The notes: generated by a model not told the origin, from the sequence alone. DNA of 64,000 nucleotides from Octopus vulgaris (GCA_951406725.2 OX597820.1:28644001-28708000); one strand, 5' to 3'. Numbered from the stretch's first letter, positions 1-12,548 are shown. Made by a program: numbers and translations.

Positions 1-436
1 CTGCAACGTGTCTATCGATTATGTGGGAGCATTTACTTTTTTAATGCTGTAGAATGGTACTACCCAGCTTTTGAATGGTACTAGCCATATTTTGAAACCA
101 TAGTGATATCAAATGAGGATATGACGATAAAAATATGTGTTTAATATGCTTGTTGTCTGAATCTTTTATGTTTTGCGGTACTCTTATTCAGAATTTTCGT
201 AGGGTTTAATATGTTAAAGGGTTCATAGTTTATGATTACATATATTAGCATTTTATAACTTTTATTATTAATAATTTTCTACGGTAGGATAATATTTAAT
301 GGATTTTAGTTTGAGATGTTCTCTGGCATATATATATATATATACACATACATACATACATATATATATATGTATGTATGTATGTTTGTATGTATGAATA
401 TGTACATATATATATATATTTATATATTCATACATG

Positions 437-508
<72 letters not shown>

Positions 509-899
509 CAGCAGTTTTCTAACTTGATAACAAAATTTGCTAATTGAGCAAAGTGACTTACGCTTTCATAAAAATAATGAAATCCATATAAAAGTAGAAC
601 AACACATGTAATTCTGCAACGTGTATAAATAAGAAGGCTTCTATATATCTCGTTTTTCGGTTTCATTGTCAACACAAAAACTGATTACTACACGAAGGTA
701 ATCTGTCAATGTCATGTTAAACACGAAGAACGTGACATTGTAATTTTAAAAATATAATCTGAGTGAATTTAGGTGAATAGAAAAGATATGCCACCATTCA
801 TGCATGCAAATATGATAGTCTATATGCACATACACACACACACACACATACACGTGTGTGTGTATGCTTTTGTATGTAGTGCTGTCACGAAAGCAATAT

Positions 900-1271
900 G
901 AGTAATCACTACGCATATTAGCGTGGAATATTTATTATTTATTAAAATATTTCGTTTTTGGATTTGGTTTGCAAGATTCTTTATGTCAGTTCGTGTCTTG
1001 AAGCATATTCTGTTGTGTCGGGGGAGAATCATTTTTTTTTTTGTGCCTTATAATTTAACACACTCACCGGTAAAGTTTCCACTTATTTATTTTTCTTATT
1101 TTTATTTTCCTAAAATTTTCGTTGCGTCTTGCAACCTTTTCAATAGTCATGACTATTCTGCCTATCCTTATATGAGTAAAAGTTTTAAACCACAAATGAA
1201 GAATATTCCTTTGTTAATCGTCAATCTGGAGACCATCGCAAATTGTAACTTTAACAAAAGTTCTGTGCTTT
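900..1271 (-). mobile_element. Penelope-like element 3' remnant: degenerate GIY-YIG C-terminus, pLTR with hammerhead, and tail encoding the ORF start (MILPRHNRICFKTRTDIKNLANQIQK)
   Basis: Minus strand reads an RLTKE..FFI..LK-like GIY-YIG end, then the HHR (1110-1146), then ATG at 1032. A fragment of the same tail recurs at ~38010-38048 (+). Confidence 0.6.
1110..1146 (-). ncRNA. Minimal type I hammerhead ribozyme motif, U3-A8 core variant
   Basis: Minus strand: CUA-UUGAAAA-G-GUUGC(AAGAC)GCAAC-GAAAA-UUU-UAG. Stem I CUA/UAG, 5-bp stem II, palindromic AAUU stem III. Confidence 0.6.
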
Positions 1272-1378
1272 GCTCATAAACAGACACATCGCTCGGTCTG
1301 AGATTCGAACCCGTGACCGCTGCTCAAACCACTAGGCCATGTGCCTCCACATATTAACGGTTTAGAAACCATTATTCT
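1272..1378 (-). repeat. Local direct duplicate of 1870-1992 (SINE head plus adjacent mariner-internal sequence)
   Basis: gctcataaac...aaccactaggccatgtgcctccacatattaac(g/a)gtttagaaaccattattct occurs at both positions. Confidence 0.85.
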
Positions 1379-1389
1379 GTAATACACTC

Positions 1390-1600
1390 ATATTGATATC
1401 AAATTTTGGTTCAAGGACAGCAATTTCGCTGGGAGTGGGTAAGTCGATTGTATCAACCCCGGTGCTCGATTGGCACTTATTCTATCTTCCCCGAAAGGCT
1501 AAATCGATATCGACAGGATTTGAACTCAGAATATAACGATGGAAGAAATGCTGTTAAGGATGTTGCCCGGTGTTCTAATGATTCTACCAGCTCGCCACCC
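1390..1600 (-). mobile_element. SINE family B copy (head ggcgagctggcagaatc..., central gtcgactttgcctttcatcctttcgggg motif)
   Basis: Reverse complement aligns by eye with the copies at 46404-46815 and 27908-28110. Confidence 0.7.
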
Positions 1601-1618
1601 TATGTAATAATAAACTTC

Positions 1619-2429
1619 CAGGGTGGCCCAAAAGTACGTTTACAGTTATTCAATTATCTCTTACGCATTCATATATTAACAGATTGTTCCTTCTCGAGCC
1701 ACGCCTGGCTACGAGGCCCGGTTTCCCGGCTTCCTTGGCCTACAGGTTCCCCACCTAGACGGGACGCCGGTCCGTCTCAGGTGAGCTGCAGGATGCAGGA
1801 TAAAAGTTTGAGAGGTAGTTGTGGCGAAAGAGTACCTTCTGTCGGAGCCGCGTGGAACTTAAGTGTTTCGCTCATAAACATACACATCACCCGGTCTGAG
1901 ATTCGAACTCGCGATCCCTCGACGGCGAGTCCGCTGATCTAACCACTAGGCCATGTGCCTCCACATATTAACAGTTTAGAAACCATTATTCTAGGTTAAC
2001 TTAGTTAATTTTGTCAAGCTCCCTTTACCACGCCTTTCCCAGCGTTGGTTTGGAAGACGGGGCACTATCGAATGGCCACCACGTTCACCTGACCTAACAC
2101 CAATGGATTTCTTTTTTTTTTTGAAGTGCTCTAAAGAACAAGGTATATGAGAAGAATCCCAAAACAGTAAGTGAATTAATAGATTACATCTCTGATGCAT
2201 TCACTGAAATTGATGGAGATCGGAATTTGTGCGGCACTATGTACGAGGTTTGAAGAATGTTGCAATGTTGAAGGAGAATATTTTGAGCAGCTGAGGGATT
2301 AAGAATTGTCTGTTTAAGATGTGCATAAACAATATGATTGTAAGATGGAAATTTTCAAGGAACTAAATTATTTTCAAAGAAATTTAAAGTACCTACGTGA
2401 TCACTGTAAACCTAATTTTGGCCACCCGG
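1619..2429 (+). mobile_element. Internally deleted Tc1/mariner-superfamily DNA transposon
   Basis: TIRs cagggtggcccaaaagtacgtttacag (1619-1645) and ctgtaaacctaattttggccacccgg (2404-2429), the latter followed by TA. Transposase remnant RWFGRRGTIEWPPRSPDLTPMDFF..LKNKVYEKNP at ~2040-2160. Confidence 0.85.
1683..1964 (-). mobile_element. tRNA-derived SINE family C inserted in the mariner relic
   Basis: A box tggcctagtgg, B box gagttcgaatctc, tail gaagccgggaaaccgggcc. 10-bp TSD atattaacag at 1673-1682 and 1965-1974. Confidence 0.85.
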
Positions 2430-2431
2430 TA

Positions 2432-2607
2432 TATTTGTTTCAAATTTTAGCACAAAGCCAACAATTACAGAGTAGGAGGTATTTATCGAGACGATGAAAA
2501 AGGCTATGTTGGCCTTAGCGGTATTTGAACTCAGAGCCCAGAGACGGATAAAATGCCGTTAAGCATCTTGCCAGGTGTGCTAACTATTCTGCCACCTTGC
2601 TGCCTTA
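2432..2607 (-). mobile_element. SINE family B, diverged copy
   Basis: Contains tttgaactcagag...aaatgccgttaagcatcttgccaggtgtgctaactattctgccacc. Confidence 0.65.
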
Positions 2608-4786
2608 CGTAATACACTGTGTCTCTCTCGCCTTGTATAATGTATGTGTGAGCGTTTGTGGAGATGTGTGTGTGTGTAGAGCATGTGAATGAGTGTGGAA
2701 GTGTATGTATGTGTGTGCGTGTATATATATATATGTGTGTGTTTGTGTGTATGTGTGTGTGCTTGTGTACTTGTATATATACATAATTTTATGTAAATAT
2801 ACGCGCATACAAAGATCGGAAGCCTTTCTAACTGATAAAATATGATGTATGAAATGTTGGCTTTTTCTGTTTATCCTTATAAATATAAAGACAGGGAAAT
2901 CCAGTAATATTACGGTGTGTTGTTGAAAGAGAACAAAATTGAGAAAGTACGAAGGTGGGTGTATGGCAGTAATGTTACAGTAAGGAATGAGGTGGTGGGA
3001 AAGAATAGAGAATAGGACGGGCTATATGCTGACAGACACTCAAATATTTGTAGAAAGATTACTGAAGACGGTCAGCTGTTTGTCTGATATACAAGACGTA
3101 AGCTTATGCGTTGGGTTAATACTTTCTGCATCAAGAATCATTTTGTTAGATATCATACAGATTATTTTTATGTTCTGTATTATTTCTTTATTTCCCAACT
3201 ATGATAACTACATATTTCCTTCCGCAGACGAATAGAAAAATCTTCTATCATTCTGTCGATAGTATTTTAACCATTTCAATCCCATTAACTATATCTAAAT
3301 TTCGAAATTTTTTCAGGCGATTTGTTTGTGTATTTTATATTTCAAGTCAACGAACCATATTTTATTTCTTCTTAAACGTTCATTACTCATTCTTACGCCT
3401 CATTGGATTTCTTTTTATCCTACTGATATAAGTTCTGAAATATTTTACTTCCAAACTTTTTTTCGTTACCATTTTTCCCTTCTTACATGTCTGTAAGGAA
3501 CTGCTGACCCTATGCTTTATCAACTCTCCACAGTAGAATCTCTTCGTTTCACTTCTTCAGCCCACGCTACTTAATTACCCTCCTCATTTCTACCTAATCC
3601 CTCTTTCTTTTTCTTCTATTCTTGTTCTCCTATTCTCACACTCGGACTCTTGTTTTTTAAAACGTAATTTTATCATGTATTTTAAATTAACGGTTTTGTA
3701 ATTATTCTAAACAGTTCTAAATTACTTTAATTCTTTTTATACTTGTTTAATCAATTAAAGTGATTTTAAATTAAAGTGATTTATATATCCCTTGCTCAGC
3801 TTCTAAAGCTAGTCACTTGACGTTTATTAATTTCTTCCAATTCTGAATATCTTTGTGGTCAAATGCTAACCTTGCTTGCTACTCACACCACCAGCTCCAC
3901 ATAAACCTTCCTCTCTTCTAACCACATTTAACCTCGTTTGACCCTTCTTTTCTCTTTTCGTCTCTACATTCCCATTGTTCGTCCCCCACTCCTCGCTTTC
4001 ACTCAGCCTATTGTTCACCACAGAATCGGGCACTTACACTTCTTTTTGCTTTCTTCTTTCATTCTTTTCAATATTTTACACTACTTCCCTTAGAAAAACA
4101 ACACTATACAGGTGCCATACGCTCTTCAGCATCACCCGCGTAATCCCAATATTATCGTTAGAGCTATAACTAACAATATTCCAATAACTTAGACAGTCGG
4201 CTAAACTAAATTTAACATTTAATTTTCGGCTTTCTTCAACGCCATGCTTTAAATGCAGGTTAAGTTGCCATATAAAACATTGTAAAACAACAGTTCAGCT
4301 GAAATATGTCGCCTGAACAAACTTCAAAGATTTTTGCATTCAGAAATAGTATATAGCTAAAATTTCAAATGAGTTCCTCTACTGCAATTCCTAGCAACTT
4401 GATGGACTATTATTAATGAATTGCACAATTGACACATGTATATTTTGTCGGTTTTGTTGTTATTGTTGTTAATTAGACCCCGTTCAAAGAGCCTCATATC
4501 AGGGGCGTTACCTGCTGTCAGCCATACCGCAGCATCCTTTCACCAATTGACAACCAATTCATACCTAAAAACTAGTCAGTCGCTTCTCTTAAGAAGCCAG
4601 CCCCGTTTCGGTTACGAAATGGAAGGAGCAAATATTGAACATTTCACTTTCTATATGGCAATCTTTGATGTTTCTAAGTAATAAAAATTATAGTATTTTA
4701 TATAAACTAAAAGTATTCCACTTTACATCATTTTACCAGTCTGTTATAGTATCTACAATCTCATTCGTGTGCGGGTTTGTATGCAA

Positions 4787-4838
<52 letters not shown>

Positions 4839-4909
4839 TATGTATATATATATATGTGTGTGTGTATGCGTATATGTATATATGTATGTATAAAAATATA
4901 TATATATAC

Positions 4910-4950
<41 letters not shown>

Positions 4951-4955
4951 TTCAC

Positions 4956-4991
<36 letters not shown>

Positions 4992-5685
4992 CAGGTATAT
5001 ATATATATATATATTTGCATATGCATATGTTTGTGTATGCATCTATAGATATGACAAACACATGTGCATATATTATATTCATATATGTGTGTGAGCGTGT
5101 ATGTGTGTACATACGTACCTATACATATAATATATACATATAATATATAAAGATATACGTATGTGTCTATGTGTGTGTGTGTGTGCGCGCATTTGTTTTT
5201 GCTTCATATTATGTCACAGCGACTGTAGCTAAAACACGAATCAGCTTCGAAGTGTCCAAATAATACGCAGTAGATGTGAAACAAAGGCAATTACAGAGGA
5301 AGTAGTGATTACAATGTTTTGTTTTTCTGGTTTAGACTATCATGTCGCATTGAAATGTGTAATGGAAATCGAAATCATAATGCAGAGAGCCAATACGCCG
5401 CCCTGCAATTATTTCAGTATAATCTACATTATAGTGGTTACGCTGAATATTGTGGTTTCTTTTAATAATCAGGTGGACACCAGAGAAACCAGCGTATTCT
5501 TGGGAATTGTAGTATATATGTGTATGAATCTAAGTTATATGTTTGTGTGTGTGCATGTGTGTGTGTTTTCATGAATGTATGTATAAGTATATGTGTATAT
5601 ATGAAATGATCAATAAGACGTGTTTTGTTTTTAATCTCTTTTGTCTCCTATTTTTTGAACTCATCACGAGATATATATAAATATT

Positions 5686-5689
<4 letters not shown>

Positions 5690-5779
<90 letters not shown>
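5690..5779. repeat. (TA)n microsatellite, one of dozens (e.g. 447-504, 40395-40504, 43749-43813, 47940-48500, 52720-52796)
   Basis: Seen directly. Confidence 0.95.
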
Positions 5780-5780
<1 letters not shown>

Positions 5781-5789
5781 TAACAATAT

Positions 5790-6955
5790 AGGATGAAGGC
5801 TTAAAGAACTCCTAACACAGAACTCCATACTCATAAACATGTACTCTCGCTATGTTGATGATATCAACATAGTGGTAAATGCACCCCCACAAGAGAGTAC
5901 TGTTGATATAGTAATAGAAACTAATACTATGGAGAGCATCCAGCAAATAGCTAACTCCATCCACCAGAGTATTAAGGTCACAAATGACAACCCCACTAAA
6001 CACCCAACCATAGACTAACAGTACTAGACACAGAACTCTGGCTAGAAATTGTGAATAATAAAACCCAAATCCTTCATTCGTACTATGCCAAACCTATGAC
6101 CTCAAAATACTTGATCCACCGGAACTCAGCCATTGCGGACAATGCCAAATTCAATATTTTGATGGCAGACCTCGTCAGAATAATGAGAAATATGTCACGC
6201 ATGTGCGAGCCTACAGAGTTAAAGAGACACATACAATATTTCATTCACCGCATGTAGTTCTCAGGTTACAGCCATAAAGAAAGGATCAGAGTATACAAAG
6301 GAGCCATGAAGAAATTTGACAATATATTATGTAATGATAGAAATGGGATTTGCCCACTCTATAGTAACAAGTCATGGAACACTATAGAAAGGACAAAAAA
6401 GAAAATAGGGAAGGACAACTCTTGATATGATAGCCATAAATACCAGAGTGTCATGTTCGTTGACACCACCCCTGGAGGTGAACTGGCGTACCACTTTAGA
6501 AGGACCCTAAACAAACTTAAGCTAAGGATTAAGTTTGTTGAAAACCCAGGCAACCCTATCAAATCTATAATCGGTAGAACCTATCCTTTTAGTAGAACCC
6601 CCTGTACGGATAAGTACTGTACTGTATGTAGATTTAGCCCACAAACAAACTGTAAAGCCAGAAACGTAGTCTATAGTATAAGATGTATAGAAGGACGATG
6701 CAATAACAAGACAACGACATACGTAGGGGAAACGGCAAGAAGCATAGGAGAGCGGGTAAATGTCTTTGGAGAGAACTCAAGGAAGGTAAAAGCTCATCGA
6801 TTCTGTACCAACACACCGAACATGAACACGGGGGATCAATCAACAACATAGAAATTAAAATATTGTCCAGACATAGAACAGATGCAACAATCAGACAAAT
6901 TACAGAATTACACACATAATAGAAAATAAACCTAGCCTGAATAGGAAACTATAAT
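5790..6955 (+). pseudogene. PLE RT-thumb/GIY-YIG endonuclease pseudogene
   Basis: ORF pieces 6051-6257 and 6453-6851 are joined across stops (6255, 6423) and frameshifts. Confidence 0.85.
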
Positions 6956-7435
6956 GGAACACTAGCACACACCACAACATATGACGGTAGAGGATCCCAA
7001 TAAACTAGTTACAATATAAACAAAACCTAAAACATAATAAATAAAATACACAGATAAATAAACAAATAGAAATAAATAACTATATAAGTTTTTGTTTTTT
7101 TTCGTTTAATTTAAAATATTTTTTTAATTTATTATTATTATTATTACTATTATTGTTGTTATACATACATTCAAGCATATATAATGATAATAATAAGTGG
7201 ATGTAAACACATGAACAAAATAAGAATAAACAAAAACAACAACAACAACAAAAACAAATTACATGAACGTATATAAACAGAAGATACAAATATTACAGGC
7301 ATCCCCCCACATACACACTAAATAAATATAGGCGCACATAGAGATGTAAGCATGCGTAAATGTAGACATACAATATAAATACAAAATGGCTGACGGTTAG
7401 TAAGGAGAGACACAAATAAGAAAGAAGAAAACAAA

Positions 7436-7480
7436 GGACCACTGATGCGGTCACAGGAATGTGACGAAAGAACTCTGGCC
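7436..7480 (+). ncRNA. Minimal hammerhead motif in the PLE pLTR (CUGAUGC variant)
   Basis: GG(A)CCA-CUGAUGC-G-GUCACA(GGAA)UGUGAC-GAAAG-AA-CUC-UGGCC. Confidence 0.65.
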
Positions 7481-7613
7481 GAAATAAGATTAAGATTAAT
7501 GTAAAAAATAAATAACACTGAAGCAAAGTAACACCAAATATATAGTGCGTGTGTTTTTATTGGTTAGACTGGCAAAATGACCATTCCGAAATATAATATT
7601 AATAATATATATG

Positions 7614-7668
<55 letters not shown>

Positions 7669-8345
7669 TATACACACATATATATGTACATACTTACATA
7701 TATATCTATATATATATATATGTGCATATATGTGTACGGGACGTCACAAAAAGTTAAGAACATGAAATACGAAGTCAAACTTGGGTATGCGAACGAGAGA
7801 AACAAATAGAAAACAACATTACGGAGAATATATTATAAATAATTTAGATTATTTATGAATATATCAATGGCCAAACATGTTATCATAAAATACAAAGAAG
7901 AAAAAGCGTTTATAACTATGAACAAGTCACAATTATAACTAAAAGGGTTAAAAAAAACCTTACATGTTAAAAATAGCAGCCATAACCACTTTAAAGCCAT
8001 TATATCACACATATTATTTCTCCCCAGGGTAAAAAAAATGTCTTCGGGCGACATGACAATTGTAATCCATAAATTAAAAATAACTGGTTAATTCGCTATT
8101 GCAACTTCGACGATAGGGACCTCTTAAGGGATACGTTCGTCTTGTCAAGGGAAATATTCCTATAGATAGAAATCAAAACAAATCTTTACCTTGGGGCTAG
8201 CATGAATCCCGATCGGCAAGAGAAATGTTTCAACCTCTATCTACACATTGAAATTTTGAATCCAAATGCTATGCATAGCGTTTGTGAAAGGACCGGTAAA
8301 TTTGAGCCATATATATATATATGTTTGTGCGTGTGTGTGTGTGTT

Positions 8346-8410
<65 letters not shown>

Positions 8411-9171
8411 ATATATACACATATATATATATGAGCGTCTGTGTATGTATGTATATATATCTATATATATATATAAAACGAAGATAAAATTCCATAGATT
8501 GGGAACTGAAAGCGACGGAGAAATGTAATAGAGTAGAAAAATGGAATATATTTTTAGATATTGGGAAAATTCAGTGACATAAGGAATATGGAGGAAATAG
8601 TACAAATCGCGGAGCACAACTGTTGTTATTATTATATTCATTTCAAGGATCGCCTCACAATCAGAAAAGAACGTTATCACGGCCTAATCGTAAAAGATAG
8701 GAAACATAAAATCTCTGATATGTATATTAAATGACATGCAATCCATCGTAAATTGAAAAGACAAAAATTATTCTCGAAGTAAATTGAACCACAAAAGTCA
8801 TATGTTCATATTTATTTCTAGGGAAGGTCTTCTAAACAACATCAGACTTCTTTCAAGGGTATTAACATTCGCTACATCCCCGAAGAAATCATCTCTAGCA
8901 GCAGAAGAGAAGATAATATTGTATTACAAGCGGTGGATTTAATACAACGTTATACAAAAGCTACACTTAGAAAAGAGACGATGGCCTAACTCCATCCATT
9001 GTACTGTGGCTACTAAGAAGTTGCAGAATCACTTATTTGATACGGTTGAAATAATTTGACTAAGCTTGTAGTTAATTTTGGAAAACTGTCTTTGGCTTCA
9101 AGTAGATTCAAAAACAGTACGAGATTGATTTAACCGATTAATAAAACCAAATATAATGTTACCGCCTAAGA

Positions 9172-9345
9172 TATATCTAAAAATTTTCTTAGAGAATATT
9201 GTTGTATTTCGGGACGGTCATTTTTTCTTGCCAAATAAACACACGCATGATTTATTCGCTCTTCACGCGTTTATTATTGTTTTTATTTTATCTTATATCT
9301 ATTGTCTGGAATTCTTTCGTCACACATTTGTGACCTCTTAAGTGA
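9172..9345 (-). mobile_element. Solo pLTR/tail of the same PLE family as 7436-7605, with a degenerate hammerhead
   Basis: Minus strand: CTTAAGA-G-GTCACA(aatg)TGTGAC-GAAAGAATTC...gcgtgtgttt..attTgg..aaaATGACCGTCCCGAAATAC (MTVPKY versus MTIPKY at 7577). Confidence 0.7.
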
Positions 9346-9522
9346 TTCTTCTATCCCACTTGTCTCCTCGAAGTCTGTTTAGTCCATTCTTAGAGAAGTA
9401 TTAAATTAAATACGGTTTTTATATATGGCTCGAGGCATAGTATCAAGTTAACTAGCCACATCATGCAACAAACTGGAATATATAAGGGGAAAAGTGTATA
9501 TATTTTTATGCATACATTATGT

Positions 9523-9706
9523 GCCGGCGTGGCTGTGTGGCTAAGAAGCTCTTTTTGCAATGATCTAATTTCAGGTTCATTCCCACCGCGTTCCACCAAG
9601 AGTAAGTATCTTCACTAAAGTCTCAAGCCGACCACTGCCTGGCGAGTGAATTCAGTAAACGGAGGATGTGTGGAAAACCGTCACGGGTACACGTATACAT
9701 ATGTGC
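9523..9706 (+). mobile_element. SINE family A, diverged 5' half
   Basis: gtggctgtgtggctaagaagc...ggttcattccc...gccgacca; followed by (GATA)n. Confidence 0.7.
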
Positions 9707-9782
<76 letters not shown>

Positions 9783-9785
9783 GAG

Positions 9786-10133
9786 AAGGCGCATAACTCA
9801 ATGGTTACAGCGTCGAGCTCACAATCATGAGGTAGTGAGTTCGATTGCCGGACTGGGCTGTGTGTCGTGTTATTGAGCAAGACACTTTATTTCATGTTAC
9901 TTCAGTTCACTAAGCTATAGAAATAAATTATGACGTCACTGGTGCCAAGATGTAGCGGCCTTTGCCTTTGGTTTTTCCCTCGGATAACATCGATGTCGTG
10001 AAGAAGGGAGGCTGGTATGCGTTCGCGACTGCTGGTCTTCCATAAACAACTTTGCTCGGACTTGTGTCACGGAGGGGAACTTTCTAGGTGCAATCCCATG
10101 GTCATTCATGACTGAATGGGGGCTTTACCCTTT
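9786..10133 (+). mobile_element. tRNA-derived CORE-type SINE family D
   Basis: tRNA-like head, CORE-like ttgagcaagacactttatttca..cagttcac, tail gtcattcatgactgaatggggg; homologous to 15463-15793. Confidence 0.8.
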
Positions 10134-10230
10134 ACACATTTATACGTATGTAGTCTCGTTATTTAGTGATTGGGTGTTGGATTCATGATCCTAGAATTGC
10201 GGTTGCAGTTCCTGGATCTTTTCGAGCAAG

Positions 10231-10666
10231 ACGCATTAGTGGCTGTGTCATAAGTAGCTTGCTTACCAACCACATGGTTCCGGGTTCAGTCCTACTGCGA
10301 AGCACCTTGGGCAAGTGTCTTCTACTATAGCCTCGGGCCGACCAAAGCCTTGTGAGTGCATTTGGTAGATGTAAACTGAAAAGAAGCTCGTCGTATATAT
10401 GTATATGTATACATGTGTGTGTGTGTGCGCGTGTATGTGTGTTTGTGTGTCTGTGTTTGTCCCCCAACATCGCTTGACAACCAATGATGGTGTGTTTACA
10501 TCCCCGTAACTTAGCGGTTCGGTAAAAGTGACCGATAGAGTAAGTACTAGGCTTCCAAAGAATAAATCCTGGGATCGATTTGCTCGACCAAAGGCGGTGC
10601 TCCAGCATGGCCGCAGTCAAATGACTGAAACAAGTAAAAAAGAAAAGCGTAAAAGAGTAAAAGAGT
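10231..10666 (+). mobile_element. SINE family A, full length (tRNA head, CORE-like accttgggcaagtg, internal TA/TG microsatellite, LINE-derived tail)
   Basis: B box ggttcagtcc; tail ggcggtgctccagcatggccgcagtcaaatgactgaaacaagtaaaa with gagtaaaa repeats. Confidence 0.9.
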
Positions 10667-11472
10667 GCGATCCCTCATCGCCGCAGTACAATGGCAGAAA
10701 AGAGTAAAAGTTGATTAAAAAACTATTTTGCTATCATATGATGTGTTTTTACATATCCCTGTAAACTACATCAGAATTATATTGTAAAACGATGTAAATA
10801 TTTTGATAAACTGCGTTCTATAAGACACCGAAAAAAATTTAATATAGATATTGCTTAAAACCGAAATTAATTTTATGAAACTGTGTGAATAACGCTATAA
10901 TATGCAGCTGCATTGTTATAGAATATGGCTATTGCATACAGCATCGTGTATCATAATATGTAATGTAAATATAGTTGTTTACTGCAACATCTAAATTACT
11001 ATGACGTGTTTACGTAATCGATGATTGCAATCTGTGATGAACATTGAAATATAATACGCTAACGAAATGTGTAACATGTTCTAAGTTGCTGTGCTGTAAA
11101 TATTGAAAATTTAAAGATATACCTTATTATCATATATCATAAATTCTCTGCTTGACAACTTTGACCTATCGTGGGATATTGTTAATATTAATGTATCAAT
11201 GTACAGCCTGCACATCATTTGGGAGATTTGTAAATTAATTAGTGGTTGTGAGAGACGGACTGATAATTACATTCAGTAACGAAGAAATAATTTGCATAAA
11301 AATTGTCTTTATTTAATTAATTGGGATCAGATGTATAGAGGAAAAATATATTTAATTGGCATCAATCTAAAAGAAAAAGAAGTACTTAATAAAAGAAGTA
11401 CTTAACAAATATCACTTCCATATCCCGGCATCTTGGGTTCACTACTCTAGCGCGCTTACATATATATATATA

Positions 11473-11995
11473 CATTAACGTTAGATAAAGCCGGATTACC
11501 TCAGGTTTCACGTCCATAAAGTATTTAGTTTAAGGTGTATTATCAGATCCCTAAACCTGTTGGCTTAAGGGCTCTCTAGCGAGCGGCCTCTCTAGAATAT
11601 GGAAGAGGAAAGGACTCCGCTACTCAATGTCAACAAAGTGGATTGTCTCTCTTTCAGGTATCGACCGCCGATGACCTTGTCATCATGTGGGTTCAAATGG
11701 GCCAGCAGGAATTTTCCTGAAATGTAAGCACGGTCGAAAGATCTCCGTTCTGAAGTCAAACATGTTCCCTGAGTAGAGGAAGTTCTTTAGGATCCTTGCG
11801 CACCCTGCTATGCATAATAAATAGCGATTGGTCCAGTTCATGTGGGGGGCCTGGGTTTTCCAGGATTATCCATGATATTGTGCATGGAATCATGTCGTCT
11901 TTCAGCGGCCATGTGGTCAAGTGTTGATGGTGCTGTGTCTGTTGGTGTTGACGTTGCTTCTTTAATAAGTTGTGACAGATGTAGGCGTTTGTATT
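11473..11995 (-). mobile_element. Degenerate PLE 3' fragment (GIY-YIG C-terminus with R-x-E...C-x-H..K.LL extension) plus hammerhead
   Basis: Minus-strand translation across frameshifts: ...WPLKDDMIPCTISWIILE...LCIA...RIL...FRTEIFRPCLHFRKFLL. Ends at (TA)n 11460-11472. Confidence 0.65.
11493..11550 (-). ncRNA. Hammerhead motif (decayed G8)
   Basis: GGAU-CUGAUAA-...-GAAAC-CUGAG-GUA-AUCC. Stem I GGAU/AUCC, stem III ACC/GGU. Confidence 0.6.
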
Positions 11996-12548
11996 TATCC
12001 TAAGGAGAACAACTTCGCAAGTTTTAGGGCCACATTGGATTTTGTTACACCTATGTTCGGAATGATTTTGTCATTTCATTCAGAACAAACACACAACTCT
12101 CGATCTAATTAATAACGCTCGATTTTATTTATAGATTTCAGGAACCAAAATACTTGAAGAATTATAAATCTACCGTAGATTGTTTTGACTTGTTTAACGA
12201 ACAGACGATCTCTAAATAATTAGATTAATTTGCATGCTGTGGATTTTACTGTTGCCAAAATTAGATAATTTATCAATATTTACTCACAAGCGACACACAA
12301 GCAATGTATTATAAACGCTTTTATATAGTGAAGCTTCACTCATCTCTTTAATTTAGAAATATAGGTCTGATTTGTCCGTCTTGTATAGTCTGGGACATTG
12401 CAGTAATATAAGATACCGTTAAATATGTTTACTTACCGTTGTGGGACATTGAGTGTGTGAGTACGTTTGCACCCATGTATGAGCAAGATAGAGTTTCAAA
12501 AGTTTTAAATGCTTGGTTGTTTATATATGTTTTAACAATGTACATGAT

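Larger units (their letters stand above)
5779..7605 (+). mobile_element. 5'-truncated Penelope-like retroelement (Nematis-like) with RT, GIY-YIG and a 3' pLTR carrying a hammerhead, inside (TA)n
   Basis: MYSRYVDDINIVV (RT catalytic motif), FSGY, FVDTTPGGEL, C-x4-C-x2-C...NVVYSIRC...YVGETARSIGER (GIY-YIG). (TA)n flanks at 5690-5779 and 7605-7670. Confidence 0.9.

Noticed and set aside
3201-3431. GPCR-like helix-8 peptide (SKFRNFFRRFVC)
   Set aside because: No NPxxY or other support; likely a T-rich compositional artefact.
8025-8070. ATGTC(ttcgggc)GACAT-GAC-AATT-GTA, resembling the 53205 hammerhead
   Set aside because: Both core segments are damaged. Possibly a decayed member, but not supportable as a feature.
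10183-10620. Recurrent peptides such as RGYSRRHLPKV / PEAIVEDTCPR in many ORFs
   Set aside because: Antisense translations of SINE family A; their recurrence reflects the repeat, not a protein family.
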